Part shown: piece after piece, positions 1-14,209 of the stretch
How positions within the stretch are numbered: the stretch's first letter is position 1
Layout: every line of letters starts with the position of its first letter
From: Octopus bimaculoides
Taxonomy: Eukaryota
Assembly (NCBI RefSeq): GCF_001194135.2
Contig: NC_068999.1
Span: forward strand, 9,416,089-9,480,088
Direction of reading: 5' to 3'
Length of the DNA: 64,000 nucleotides
The notes under the pieces: generated by a model
What the model was told of the DNA's origin: nothing
The model's database searches: none
The model's input: the letters and a program-made list of their open reading frames with translations, nothing else
Program-made: the position numbers and the translations under genes

Positions 1-327
1 TCAATTTACAGCGGGGACCGTTGTATTTTAACCATGGATCTTGTAATTTGAACTGACGTCTGAATGATTTTATTGATTTTTCTATTAAAATGATAACTCT
101 GAAGCCGTATTATATGCTACAGCGTGTTTGCATTGGATCAAGATATTTTCATTGAGCATTGCACTATATTATTCAAAAGAAGCAATGAAAGATATCCTAC
201 GTGAGCGTATCGGTCGCGGGAGACACCGTCCATCATACTTCTGCTCATAAGATTTAAAAATTAAACGTAAATTAGACATCAGTATTGAACTTGCTTGAAA
301 CAACCACAATACACATCTTAATATCGA

Positions 328-759
328 TTTCAGATTTTTGCACAAGGCTAGCAATTTCGAAGAAAAGTGTAAGTCGGTTACATCGACTCTAGTATTTAAC
401 TGGTACTTATTTTAGCCACCCTGAAAGAATGAAGGTCAAAGTCGATCTCGGTGAAGCTTGAAAGACAAACGAACGGCCCCTAAGGTTTTTATCCGGTGCG
501 GTAAGGATTCTTACAGTGCGCCACCATAATTCCGGTCTTGATACTAGTTTCAAATTTAGGCACAAGGCCAGAAATTTCAGGGAATTCGGTAAACCAATTA
601 AATCAACGCCAATGTTCAAATGTTACGTATTTTAACGACACCGAAACTTTGAAAAGCAAATCGATTTCGGCGCAGTTTGAATTCAGAATGTAAGTTCGGA
701 CGAAACGCCGCCAAGCATTTTGTCCGTCACGTCAACGATTCTCTCAACTCACCGCCTTA
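328..759 (-). mobile_element. Two tandem diverged copies of tRNA-derived SINE family 1 (about 328-525 and 548-759)
   Basis: Reverse complement matches the 7611-7843 copy: head AAGGCGGTGAG, B-box-like GAATTCAAA, central ...AAAATAAGTACCAG, tail GGCCTTGTGCC. Confidence 0.8.
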
Positions 760-799
760 TACAGTTGCATATTCATATTAATATTTCTATCTCCATACG

Positions 800-1326
800 T
801 AGGGCAAATCGACATTTCGTCCGTCTTACCGTTCTGAGTTCAAATTCTGCCTAGATCGGGCATTGCTTTTAGGGATCAATGCAATCAATTAATCCTCTTC
901 CCCAATATTGCTGGCTTTGTGCTAAGATTTGAATACAAACCCTCGGCAAAATACTTTTCGTTCTGAGTTCAAATTTCTTTGAGGTCGACTTTGCCTTTCA
1001 TTCTATCTGGGTCGATGAAATAAATACCAGTTTGACAAAGGGGTGATGTAATCGATTTAGCTTCTCCCCCGAAATTATTGGCCTTGTGCCAAATCTAAAA
1101 TCAATATTTATAAATACATTAAGGCGGTGAGCGGGCGGAATCGTTAGCATGCCGGGCAAAATTCATAGCAACATTTCGTTTGTCTTTATGTTTGGAGCTC
1201 AAAATCCGGCGAGTTCAACTTTGCCTTTCATCGTTTATGGGTCGATGAAATAAGCACCAGTTCAACACAGGGGTCCATTTAATTGATTTCGTCCCTGCTT
1301 CTGGTCTTATTCCCCAAGTTAGACAC
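800..1326 (+). mobile_element. Three tandem copies of SINE family 1 (about 800-936, 940-1103, 1120-1326)
   Basis: Repeated TTCTGAGTTCAAATT B-box, ACTTTGCCTTTCAT..GGGTCGATGAAATAA.ACCAG core and tail GG(C/T)CTT(G/A)T..C. Confidence 0.85.
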
Positions 1327-1484
1327 CTATTTTTATATATGTAATTGCTCTATTGATCTATTCTCGCTTTCTGTCTAACTCTACATATACAAAAACAAGC
1401 TACCAAAAGTATACTATATACACACGCACGTATACACACGTATGCGAGCGCACATACACACAAACACGTACAGAAACACACATA

Positions 1485-1515
1485 TACATACATATACATA
1501 CATACATACATACAT

Positions 1516-1600
<85 letters not shown>
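1485..1600. repeat. (CATA)n-(CA)n-(TA)n compound microsatellite
   Basis: Direct reading. Confidence 0.95.
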
Positions 1601-1601
<1 letters not shown>

Positions 1602-1920
1602 GTGCGGAAGATAATTAGAAGTCTAGTCTTAAGACTGGTGAATAATTGGCTTGCCAAAATTTTGAATATAATTAGCGGCGTTGAAAGATCGTTAAATAAT
1701 TATCCAGTTTTTAGAGCATGCGAAACATATGATTGGTTGTAAGCTGTAGTTGTTTCGGATAGTTACAAATCACGCAGGTGTTTGTTGCTTCAAGCGAAAC
1801 AGGTGAGAAGTATTAGTTATGTTTGTCCAAAGAAATTAACTTTTGGAATTTGCAAATGTCATGTACTTAGTCATATATCGTTCTACATTTGTTTTTTCTT
1901 CGCTATATGGCACCCCCAAC

Positions 1921-1962
<42 letters not shown>

Positions 1963-3004
1963 TATATTTATGTATGTAGGTATGTATATTTGTGTGAGTA
2001 CGCACGTGTATGTGTGTATGTGTGTATATCTATATGTAAGTATGTATGCATGTAAGTGTAGCTCTATCTGCGCGTGCACCTGCGAATGATTGTACTCATG
2101 CAAAAAATATGTATGCGCGAGTATTAGTTTCCTCATGTATTATAAATCCGTTAATCTGATAATCTATTCTTCTAATAAGACAATGTCAGGTTTCCATTAA
2201 TAACCGGACACGATGTTTAACTTCTGCTTCATTGATCCTCGACTTAGCTTATCAGATCAAACTATGACATCAAATTGTCACCATGGTATAAGGATATGGT
2301 CACAGCATAAATACAATAGGACAGTATCCTTCTATTTAGAACCGTCGTATAAAAATATGATATCAAATATTTTCACTAAAATTTGTTTGATATTGATATG
2401 ATACGTTATATGCGATAAAAGCAGTATTAGATTATATCCAATATATGCAACAAGCGCATCCATGGTAGATACTACAACCGAATGGATATTGTACTAGCCT
2501 ATCATGATGTTTTTATTCAGTATGATATATACATAGCTATTTTAATCTACTACTGCTTCTATTTCATATAACCGAATCTTGCAACATCGGTGATTGTTTA
2601 TTCAATCTAGGTGGTCCAGCGAAGGCCGTAGCTACAGCCCTCTCTTTGAGAAATTGCCAGATTATAATGAGACCATTCAGGTTTTATAAAACAATGTATA
2701 TTCTTGAAATAACTAACATTTGTTTCGAAATTCTAACTGCTTTACAAATTTTTATCAACGTATGCAAGTTTGCATATATGAAAAGTTGTTTCCATATATA
2801 TCGAGTGAAGAAGTAAGTAGAACTGACTTCATCGGCTATAAACTGTTAATACAATCATATGTCATTTAGTATTCACATGTCAGTCTAACGTTACGAAATG
2901 ATTATTTCACAAGAATAAGATATACTAGAGTAGTAATACGAACCAAAATAAGGGAAGGAATCATTAGAAGCAAATTACGATTTGGTTTTAGAATAAAACT
3001 TTTT

Positions 3005-3432
3005 ATAAAGCGGGAAAACGTACGTAGCGGCATTTCTTCCGGCCTTACGTTTAGAGTTCAAAAACCGGTGGGGTTGCCTTTGCATTTTATCCTCTTTGCG
3101 GAGTCAATAAAATGAGTACCAGTCGATAACCGGGTTCGATATAATCGAATTACTTTCTCCCTAGAAAGGTCTAGCCTTGTGCCAAAATGTGAAACTGAAA
3201 TTACTAAAAAAGTTCGAAGTCATGAGCTGGCAGTCTTGCTAAATGCCGGAGAAAATGCTTTGCGGCATTTCGCCCGTCTTCATGTTTTTAGTTCAAATTC
3301 CGCCGAGGGTGACTTTGCGTTTCAACATACCGTGATCAATGAGATAAGTATCAGCCTTGCACTGAGATCGATATAATCAATTAGTACTATCCCCTAAAAT
3401 TTCAGGCCTCGTCCCTATTATAAAAAGGATAT
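3005..3432 (+). mobile_element. Two head-to-tail copies of SINE family 1 (about 3005-3196, 3218-3432)
   Basis: GAGTTCAAAAACC and TAGTTCAAATTCCGCCGAGG B-boxes, ATAAAATGAGTACCAG core, GCCTTGTGCCAAAA tail. Confidence 0.85.
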
Positions 3433-3917
3433 TACAATAAACTTTACGAATATAAACAACAGGTTTATTTGCGAATGACTACAATGAAGTTCAAAACCGG
3501 ATATACAAAGGTAAATTGTATATGTGATCGAAACAAGTCATGACACACTAAGAAAATGGTATATAAATGGTATATCAATGGTACTTTGTCAGAAATATGA
3601 TAATAACATAATAATTTTCTATAGGAAAAACATGCAGCACCCTGTTTAAAAGAATGCGATTCATTGACGTGTATTCATGAAGATTGAAATATTCATTGAT
3701 AGTAAAATATGAGATTCGAAATCATACAGAGACGATTCTATACTAGAGGTCATTGAAAGATATTTGGAGGGAACCAAATAAATATGAAAAATTTCAACGA
3801 GGAGCAGTCACTTTAATGCTAAATATCTAAAATTTACCTCAATCGTCCTTCCTTTCTATGTATGTATGTATGTATGTATGTATGTATCTATCTATCTATC
3901 TATCTATCGTTATATAC

Positions 3918-3960
<43 letters not shown>

Positions 3961-4686
3961 NNNNNNNNNNNNNNNNNNNNNNNNNNNNNNNNNNNNNNNN
4001 NNNNNNNNNNNNNNNNNNNNNNNNNNNNNNNNNNNNNNNNNNNNNNNNNNNNNNNNNNNNNNNNNNNNNNNNNNNNNNNNNNNNNNNNNNNNNNNNNNNN
4101 NNNNNNNNNNNNNNNNNNNNNNNNNNNNNNNNNNNNNNNNNNNNNNNNNNNNNNNNNNNNNNNNNNNNNNNNNNNNNNNNNNNNNNNNNNNNNNNNNNNN
4201 NNNNNNNNNNNNNNNNNNNNNNNNNNNNNNNNNNNNNNNNNNNNNNNNNNNNNNNNNNNNNNNNNNNNNNNNNNNNNNNNNNNNNNNNNNNNNNNNNNNN
4301 NNNNNNNNNNNNNNNNNNNNNNNNNNNNNNNNNNNNNNNNNNNNNNNNNNNNNNNNNNNNNNNNNNNNNNNNNNNNNNNNNNNNNNNNNNNNNNNNNNNN
4401 NNNNNNNNNNNNNNNNNNNNNNNNNNNNNNNNNNNNNNNNNNNNNNNNNNNNNNNNNNNNNNNNNNNNNNNNNNNNNNNNNNNNNNNNNNNNNNNNNNNN
4501 NNNNNNNNNNNNNNNNNNNNNNNNNNNNNNNNNNNNNNNNNNNNNNNNNNNNNNNNNNNNNNNNNNNNNNNNNNNNNNNNNNNNNNNNNNNNNNNNNNNN
4601 NNNNNNNNNNNNNNNNNNNNNNNNNNNNNNNNNNNNNNNNNNNNNNNNNNNNNNNNNNNNNNNNNNNNNNNNNNNNNNNNNNNNNN

Positions 4687-5314
4687 ATGACGATGCTGAT
4701 ACTGATGCTGATGAGGCGGATGATGATGATGATGATGATGGTGATGATGTGAAAGAGTTGTGGGGTGAATGAGCGTGAGGAGTTTGACTAAGGGTAGCAG
4801 TGCTGGGGGGGGGTGATGACGACGATGGCGATGATGGTTATAAGAAGCGGAATGAGGAGAAGGAGGAAGAGGTGTATAACGATGAAAATAACTAAGACGA
4901 TGTCAGCGCCGCCGCCGCCGTCGCCGCCGCAGTCGCCGTCGGTAACGACGACGACGACTAGGATGAGGATGATGATGACGACGATGATGACTGAGGATGA
5001 CGACGACGACGACGATGACGATGACGATGACGATGACAATAGTGATGGCGATGATGATGATGATGTTGATTATCATGATGATGACAATGAAGCTTAGAAC
5101 TGGCAAGGGGGTGATGGTATTTCGTTTTTTTTTGTTTGTTTTCTTTTGTATTAAATTTAATAAGGAAAATAATATTAACAACATAAGCATAACTGCAAAA
5201 AAAAAATAAAATAAAAATAAATAGCAACCACAATTTATCAATGAATATACTAACCATAATAAAATGAAAACAGCGCTAACAGAAGCATCAATAAAAACAA
5301 CATCAGTAATAATG

Positions 5315-5378
<64 letters not shown>

Positions 5379-5383
5379 TAAGT

Positions 5384-5454
<71 letters not shown>

Positions 5455-5491
5455 GATGATGATGATGATAATAATAATGATAATAATAATG

Positions 5492-5546
<55 letters not shown>

Positions 5547-5570
5547 TAATAATAATAATAATAATAAATA
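4687..5570. repeat. Mixed (GAT/GAC/GCC)n low-complexity tract followed by (AAT)n
   Basis: Direct reading. The poly-D/M/I ORFs here are repeat artefacts. Confidence 0.9.
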
Positions 5571-6080
5571 TCAATTTCAGTTTCTGCCAAGTGCCTTAGC
5601 GCTATTTCATTATAGTACTGTTTCGTTTGTTTATTTGTATTTTATTTTTTTTATTGGTTAATCAAATTAGAAAATTTAATCAAAGAAATAAACAAGCGTA
5701 TGAGTGAGGTTATTCGTAAAAAAACAAAACAAAAACACACGGACGCACACATAAAAATGGCAACCTACTTCTTTAGAGTATTACGTATGCATTCTGTTTT
5801 GTTTGAGTAAAAGCGATGTGTATGTGTAGTTTGTGATACGTTTGTGTGGGTGTGTAAGAGTGTATGAAGGTGCGTGTGCGGGCGTGTGCATGCGTGTACG
5901 TGTGTATATGTGCGCGTCTGTATGTCTAATTAAGTATTGATGTGCGTAACCACGCATGACAACGTGCATGAATGAATACAGTTCAATAGGATGACACTGC
6001 AAACACGAAAAGTAATGTTGGCGCAGTGTGTTTGTGTGTGTGAGGGCATGTAAAGTATGTGTTCGTGTGTGGCATGTAAT

Positions 6081-6130
<50 letters not shown>

Positions 6131-6312
6131 GTATGTATATATATANNNNNNNNNNNNNNNNNNNNNNNNNNNNNNNNNNNNNNNNNNNNNNNNNNNNNNN
6201 NNNNNNNNNNNNNNNNNNNNNNNNNNNNNNNNNNNNNNNNNNNNNNNNNNNNNNNNNNNNNNNNNNNNNNNNNNNNNNNNNNNNNNNNNNNNNNNNNNNN
6301 NNNNNNNNNNNN

Positions 6313-6345
<33 letters not shown>

Positions 6346-7331
6346 CATATACATATACATATACATACACGTATACAAACACATACACATATACATTAAT
6401 ATTCAGACACATACATATACTCGCACAAATACACACAAACGTAGATATATATCATATAAATATAAATGTGTAGATTTATGTATGCATGCACGTATGTATG
6501 TATGTATGTATGTATGTATGTATATATGTATGTATTATGTATAAGCAATTGATCAATCGCGACTGCCTGTTTCGAAGTTTCGTTTATAATGGAGTCTCAA
6601 CAAATTTCTGAAAAGCCAAAACTGGGAAAAACTTCAAGTAACGAATTACCTGATATAATGAATATAATGTTGGCTCTTGAGGCTTTTAAGAAGCGTATAT
6701 TTAGTATTTAGTGAGCTGTGATGCATAAATCTCTGAAGTTTTCGTGAATATATGTGAGCAAGACAGCGTAACCTCGTTGCCGGGTATTATAGTCACGGTC
6801 CTAAGGTCTTAGTTTCGATTGCTAGAGAAGGCAGAACCGTCCCTGCATCGTTGATACAGTGTAATTATTAGAAAATGACTACGATCATTGTCCTTGAGTT
6901 CTTCTCCCTGCAGTAGTTATGTAGTCTCTGAAGAGTAGGGCTAAGTTTATCAAAGCCAAGAGACACTCTATGCTCAAAGTAACAAACCAGAATAATAAAC
7001 TATATCACAGTTGTTATTCGCTCGCGAGTGACTTCTAACTATAGGCCTATGTGTTTCAATACACACACATACCTACACACACATGTACCCGCGCTCACAC
7101 ACACTTACACACACACACACACGTATATATACAGACGCGTAGACTCAGATACAAATATTCACATGCGCGAAACGCACACACACAGATCTATATATACACA
7201 TATCTGTACATATAAGCGAGTTTTAGAATATGGAGGCTCCTAAACAACACATTCTAATGTCTTTAGCTTACTGATACTCCAGCCTGACTGAAGCAGCATT
7301 ATATAAAATGAAATATTCGCAAACACATCAG

Positions 7332-7372
<41 letters not shown>

Positions 7373-7610
7373 NNNNNNNNNNNNNNNNNNNNNNNNNNNN
7401 NNNNNNNNNNNNNNNNNNNNNNNNNNNNNNNNNNNNNNNNNNNNNNNNNNNNNNNNNNNNNNNNNNNNNNNNNNNNNNNNNNNNNNNNNNNNNNNNNNNN
7501 NNNNNNNNNNNNNNNNNNNNNNNNNNNNNNNNNNNNNNNNNNNNNNNNNNNNNNNNNNNNNNNNNNNNNNNNNNNNNNNNNNNNNNNNNNNNATATATAA
7601 ATGTATGTAT

Positions 7611-7843
7611 AAGGCGACGAGCTGGCAGAAACGTTAGCACGCCGGTCGAAATGCTTAGCGGTATTTCGTCTACCGCTACGTTCTGAGTTCAAATTCCGCC
7701 GAGGTCGACTCTGCCTTTTATCCTTTCGGGGTCGATTAAATAAGTACCAGTTACGCACTGGGATCGGTATAATCGACTTAATCCGTTTGTCTGTCCTTGT
7801 TTGTCCCCTCTGTGTGTAGCCCCTTGTGGGTAGTAAAGAAATA
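7611..7843 (+). mobile_element. Full-length tRNA-derived SINE, family 1 (best copy)
   Basis: A-box-like TGGCAGAAACGTTAGC, B-box GAGTTCAAATTCC, central GTCGACTCTGCCTTTTATCCTTTCGGGGTCGATTAAATAAGTACCAG and a distinct 3' tail shared with 31001 and 62304. From memory the central part resembles a Meta/MESC-type conserved SINE domain (unverified). About 15 related copies occur in the window. Confidence 0.92.
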
Positions 7844-8247
7844 ACACACACACATATATATGTATGTATTGTCATTTTTTATTTCACAACATGTGATATT
7901 CACTAACAGCTATTTTTTACACATTCCTAACAGTAAATTATTTTTAGCCCCTGTACGTCGTTCAGATTCTATACGTTTCCTCTTTACAAAATATAGTTTG
8001 TTCTGTTTGTATATACAAACGTATTGTCATACACGAATAAATCATTGTATTAATGTATAAATCTGTACACACACACACACACATTTATATATATATATAT
8101 ATGAATAAACATAATTGGCTGTAAACAGAATAATATGGTGAAATGGGATTTAAAATATCCTAACTTTATTATACAGACAACGGATATACAAATATATACA
8201 CATATATGTATACACACACACACACACACACACGCACACAAACACAC

Positions 8248-8345
<98 letters not shown>

Positions 8346-9023
8346 NNNNNNNNNNNNNNNNNNNNNNNNNNNNNNNNNNNNNNNNNNNNNNNNNNNNNNN
8401 NNNNNNNNNNNNNNNNNNNNNNNNNNNNNNNNNNNNNNNNNNNNNNNNNNNNNNNNNNNNNNNNNNNNNNNNNNNNNNNNNNNNNNNNNNNNNNNNNNNN
8501 NNNNNNNNNNNNNNNNNNNNNNNNNNNNNNNNNNNNNNNNNNNNNNNNNNNNNNNNNNNNNNNNNNNNNNNNNNNNNNNNNNNNNNNNNNNNNNNNNNNN
8601 NNNNNNNNNNNNNNNNNNNNNNNNNNNNNNNNNNNNNNNNNNNNNNNNNNNNNNNNNNNNNNNNNNNNNNNNNNNNNNNNNNNNNNNNNNNNNNNNNNNN
8701 NNNNNNNNNNNNNNNNNNNNNNNNNNNNNNNNNNNNNNNNNNNNNNNNNNNNNNNNNNNNNNNNNNNNNNNNNNNNNNNNNNNNNNNNNNNNNNNNNNNN
8801 NNNNNNNNNNNNNNNNNNNNNNNNNNNNNNNNNNNNNNNNNNNNNNNNNNNNNNNNNNNNNNNNNNNNNNNNNNNNNNNNNNNNNNNNNNNNNNNNNNNN
8901 NNNNNNNNNNNNNNNNNNNNNNNNNNNNNNNNNNNNNNNNNNNNNNNNNNNNNNNNNNNNNNNNNNNNNNNNNNNNNNNNNNNNNNNNNNNNNNNNNNNN
9001 NNNNNNNNNNNNNNNNNNNNNNN

Positions 9024-9058
<35 letters not shown>

Positions 9059-10310
9059 GTGTATATAAGTATATATACATGTATATATATGTATATACAC
9101 ATTTATATATATGTATATTTATACATGTATTTATACATGTATATGCTTATATTTTTATATATATATATTTACATAAAAATATATATGTAAATACACATAC
9201 ACACACTCACAGACGCACACGCACACATACACATACACACATATATCATACACACCCTCTTTTCCTCTCATACTCTCATTCACCCACCCTGGTGTTCTTT
9301 ATCTTCCTCTCCCTCTAATTTTTGCTGAAACTTCAAAATTCACCAAAATAGGAGATATTTTATTAGCGCTTTATTGTTTTACGACTCGGATTTAATGGCG
9401 TGGCACACATTGTTATTCTGACTAGAAGAGAAGGTTTTTGCAGCATCGCTTCAGAACCAGTCTTCGGCTATTACTCTAACCTGTATTTGACCCATTCCAT
9501 ACTCTTTGCCAATAAATTGTACAATTAGCTCTTGTTCTTGCACAAATCAAACACTCTGCGTTTCTGTGTGTGTCTGCGGTTTTATGTATGTAATTCACAA
9601 CACGTCCGATGTATGTGGATGTATACGTATTTCGCTATGTGGGTGTCTGTAAGAGGGTTTCACAGTGTGTGTATGTATGTGTTTGATTTTGCGTGGATGT
9701 GCGTATGTATATGTGCAACTTCAGCTCTCAGTGAATTTCACGATGTCTATGTGTATATATGTGTCTATGCTTAGATGTGTTCGTGTAATTGTGTGAATTT
9801 ATAGAAGAACCGGGTTTACAATATATATGTGTGTGTGTATATGTATCTATTTCATTGTTTGCGTGTATTGTGTGTGTATATCCATGTAAGTTATGTATAT
9901 GTACGCCATTAAATATGTATATGTGCATAAATAATATTTTATATATAATATATCCATACGTATGCTTATACATATATTACAAACTACGTACGTAAAAATG
10001 TGTGTGTATTTGTGTATGTATGTAAGTGCGAGTATATATGAACATATATACATACGCATATACATATATACATGTATATATACATACAAATATGTATATA
10101 CATATATATGTATATATATATACATATATATATATANNNNNNNNNNNNNNNNNNNNNNNNNNNNNNNNNNNNNNNNNNNNNNNNNNNNNNNNNNNNNNNN
10201 NNNNNNNNNNNNNNNNNNNNNNNNNNNNNNNNNNNNNNNNNNNNNNNNNNNNNNNNNNNNNNNNNNNNNNNNNNNNNNNNNNNNNNNNNNNNNNNNNNNN
10301 NNNNNNNNNN

Positions 10311-10341
<31 letters not shown>

Positions 10342-12357
10342 GGGAGATACACGAAGCATTGAATGATATATGTGTTTACAATATGAATGTGTGTTTACTG
10401 ATTTTATATTATTTCTTATATTTCTCGGTTGGGTGTAAAACACGAGTGTCTCTGTGGCTTATTTATTATATGTGTATATGCGTACACTTATGCCTACGCA
10501 CTTGCACGTATATACACTTGTATGCGTAGTTTTTCGTATGTGCACGAGTATGTATTTCTTTCTCGTTTATGCACGAATGTGTGTGTGTTTGTGTATGTGT
10601 GTGCTATAGAAAAAGTGATAGAACGCGAGTCTGAGCGAGCGAGAGTGTGAGAGAGTGTTGAAGCCTCACAGTTATAGCTGGGTCGTTGCGGTCAAGCATA
10701 CATCGTTATAACGAGAACAAAGTATTGCCAATTAGATCCGAAATTTGTGTACGACTTTAGTGAAACTTCAGTTTGGCTCTAAACGTTCGGAAGGCATCAG
10801 TTAAAATTATCTGAGTGATGGGCGATTCATTTCGTCATTCCATTGAATACCGTTATCTTTGATCTGCAACCTTTTTTTGTACAATTCTTGTATTATGGAC
10901 ATTTTAAATTGAATTTTCTACGGTAACTGTCTGACCATTATTTCCAAATTGAACATTTGCGCTTGTGTCAAACCGGCCGCCATTGTAAGTAGCTTATTTG
11001 ATAAGCACTCTTTATATAGCTATGATCAACATCTTTCAGAATCCGAACAACTTTCATCTTTGCTTGACCTTTGACACCGTGGTATTTACTTTACTATTTA
11101 GGCTAAAGTAGAAGCATCATCGAACAACGAATGCACAGTGTTATTATGGCAGTGACAGTAAAGAAGAAATGAAAAGAAAAAGCCAGTTTTCCTGACGAAT
11201 CGAAAAGACAACAATTCATTCATTTGAGACGTTGGTGATAAAAAGTCACGTGGATACCTGACGGAAATGGCAAAGGGGTCGTGGAAATATAGCAATAAAC
11301 AATAGCAGAATGCGTTGAAGAGTCATAATGGCCAAATGGATAAGGTGATGGCCTTTTGGTTTAAAAGTCAACGGTTCGTACCAGAGTTCTATGCATAGCC
11401 TGCCCTTACCTTCAAGCAGAACAAGTATACGTTGGTTACAGAAGCGCGCTGGGGTTTCTCCAGATATGTACGGCGGTGCTGGCAGGATGGTTGTTGAAAC
11501 TGTAGTGATATAGTGTGATTCCTGTACTGTTTGTTTTATGATTTCCACAGAGTTGCGTGAACGAACGGTATGTGAATGGGCGATACTAGTAATGGCCTTG
11601 ACGCCGTTGTAACTGTTATATTCTGAGATTAGCATTAAAGGAGAAATTCTTTTATTGAAAACCTTCCAACAGTTGACATAACTCTTTTTGCTGTTATAAT
11701 ATATTTAGAAGTACATTTTAAATGTTCCATTCCTTATTTAACACAATAAGGAGAGATCTAAGGAAAATTTCGTTGTAAATTTAGCAAATTGAATTATTAT
11801 GCATAATCTGCCACTTGTTAGATTCGGGTCTTCAATTTGAATTTTTCCATTTATATAGACGTACCAATAAGATCTTAGAATGTGGAAATTAGGATATATA
11901 CATATATGCGTATGTTCGCGCGTGTGTGTACGTGTGTTTGTTCGTGTGTGTGCATGTATAAGTGAGTGTGTGTGCGTGTCTATGTATCTGTGGTTATATA
12001 TAGTTATATTATATTATATATATATGTACATATGGATAATTATGACCAAGGAGAATAGAGGGAGCAACTACTTTTATTTCATTGATTAACGATTGTTTTA
12101 TCGAAAATCGATCTCATGGGAATCACTATATCATTATGCAATAATATATACAAAGATTGATACATGAGAATTCAAAGACAAAATGGAAGACCGATTCTTC
12201 ACTTCTTTTAGCTTAATTCCGGTAAACTCCAGGGTTAACACCTAAATGAAATTACTAGATATACAGAGATATTTAAACATACTAGCATATATATGCATAT
12301 TTATATACAAACAAATAGTACATATACGCATGTATATCTATCTATCTATCTTTCTAT

Positions 12358-12401
<44 letters not shown>

Positions 12402-14159
12402 NNNNNNNNNNNNNNNNNNNNNNNNNNNNNNNNNNNNNNNNNNNNNNNNNNNNNNNNNNNNNNNNNNNNNNNNNNNNNNNNNNNNNNNNNNNNNNNNNNN
12501 NNNNNNNNNNNNNNNNNNNNNNNNNNNNNNNATATATATATACTTCATTAATGAATCTGCAAAGACATCACAGAGGCTGTTACTCAGAGTAATAGTTCTT
12601 ATGATGTCTTTGCAGCTTTATTGTTAGAGCATATTACTCTATCTCCGGTATTTGAGTACTATTTCTTTCCACCTTATTTCACATGTATATCCTTTCTCTA
12701 GTACACACATTTATATACGCGAATGTATGTGTATGTTTGTGTTCTCTAGGGTGTTTCTATTTATGTATATAATTTTACTGGTGTGTATATATACGTATTT
12801 ACATCGTAACTTGTCTCGTCTGTGTCATTCTCTTTAAGCCGCTGTTTAACAGTCTATCTTTATCTCTAATAATACTTTCTCTCTTCTAATCATTATATAT
12901 ATATTAGTATGTTTAAATACATTTTTCGCTTTGTATTCAGATTAATTGTTCCTGTTAGCTTGCCGATTCACAAATATTACGACACAAATGTATTCTGTAC
13001 ATTTAACTTCTCTTTATAATCTTTGTTCGCCATTGTTTTCAATTTTTTTTGTGTTCTTTACACAATTTTTTCACACCCTTTTTCGCATTTCCTTCCCTTT
13101 CTTTTCATACTTTTAGTTTTTTATCTCATCTCATACTATCATCTTTTGAAATTATCACATCCTCGGGTGGATAGAGACGCTTTTTTCACCTTCCTCTTTT
13201 GATATTGGCTTATATTTGTGTTAAATACATGTTTGTTGCAATTTATGTTTGTTGGTAAAAGTGTCTCTATGTTCGTCTGCATACAAATACGTGTGCGCAC
13301 GTATATACGTATACGTCTGCATGTCTATGTTTGTGATTAATTTTTTCTTTCGCAAATTGGTAATTTGTCAACTGACATTTTCGATATTTGCTAACTAAAA
13401 AACGAGATGTACGAAACAATGGATTATTCTTAATATTGCTGCTTTGCTTTTTTTGCTTAAAAAAATATTTGATTATTTTAAATCTTCGATATAAATTCAT
13501 AGAGTGAGTTGTTTCTATATATGTGTGTTAGCACGTTGATTCACTATGCTTTTAGCATATCTGACAATACCATCCATATATGTATTTATACGTACACACA
13601 CACACACCTATATATANNNNNNNNNNNNNNNNNNNNNNNNNNNNNNNNNNNNNNNNNNNNNNNNNNNNNNNNNNNNNNNNNNNNNNNNNNNNNNNNNNNN
13701 NNNNNNNNNNNNNNNNNNNNNNNNNNNNNNNNNNNNNNNNNNNNNNNNNNNNNNNNNNNNNNNNNNNNNNNNNNNNNNNNNNNNNNNNNNNNNNNNNNNN
13801 NNNNNNNNNNNNNNNNNNNNNNNNNNNNNNNNNNNNNNNNNNNNNNNNNNNNNNNNNNNNNNNNNNNNNNNNNNNNNNNNNNNNNNNNNNNNNNNNNNNN
13901 NNNNNNNNNNNNNNNNNNNNNNNNNNNNNNNNNNNNNNNNNNNNNNNNNNNNNNNNNNNNNNNNNNNNNNNNNNNNNNNNNNNNNNNNNNNNNNNNNNNN
14001 NNNNNNNNNNNNNNNNNNNNNNNNNNNNNNNNNNNNNNNNNNNNNNNNNNNNNNNNNNNNNNNNNNNNNNNNNNNNNNNNNNNNNNNNNNNNNNNNNNNN
14101 NNNNNNNNNNNNNNNNNNNNNNNNNNNNNNNNNNNNNNNNNNNNNNNNNNNNNNNNNNN

Positions 14160-14209
<50 letters not shown>

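Noticed and set aside
3463-3680. Possible spliced EGF-like motif (..GY.G/KTC..) across a GT-AG intron at 3511-3622
   Set aside because: Needs frameshifts to yield cysteine spacing, the first acceptor lacks a pyrimidine tract, and the second segment soon hits a stop.
7611-7700. tRNA genes
   Set aside because: All A/B-box sequences continue into SINE bodies and I could not fold a canonical cloverleaf. They are treated as SINE heads.
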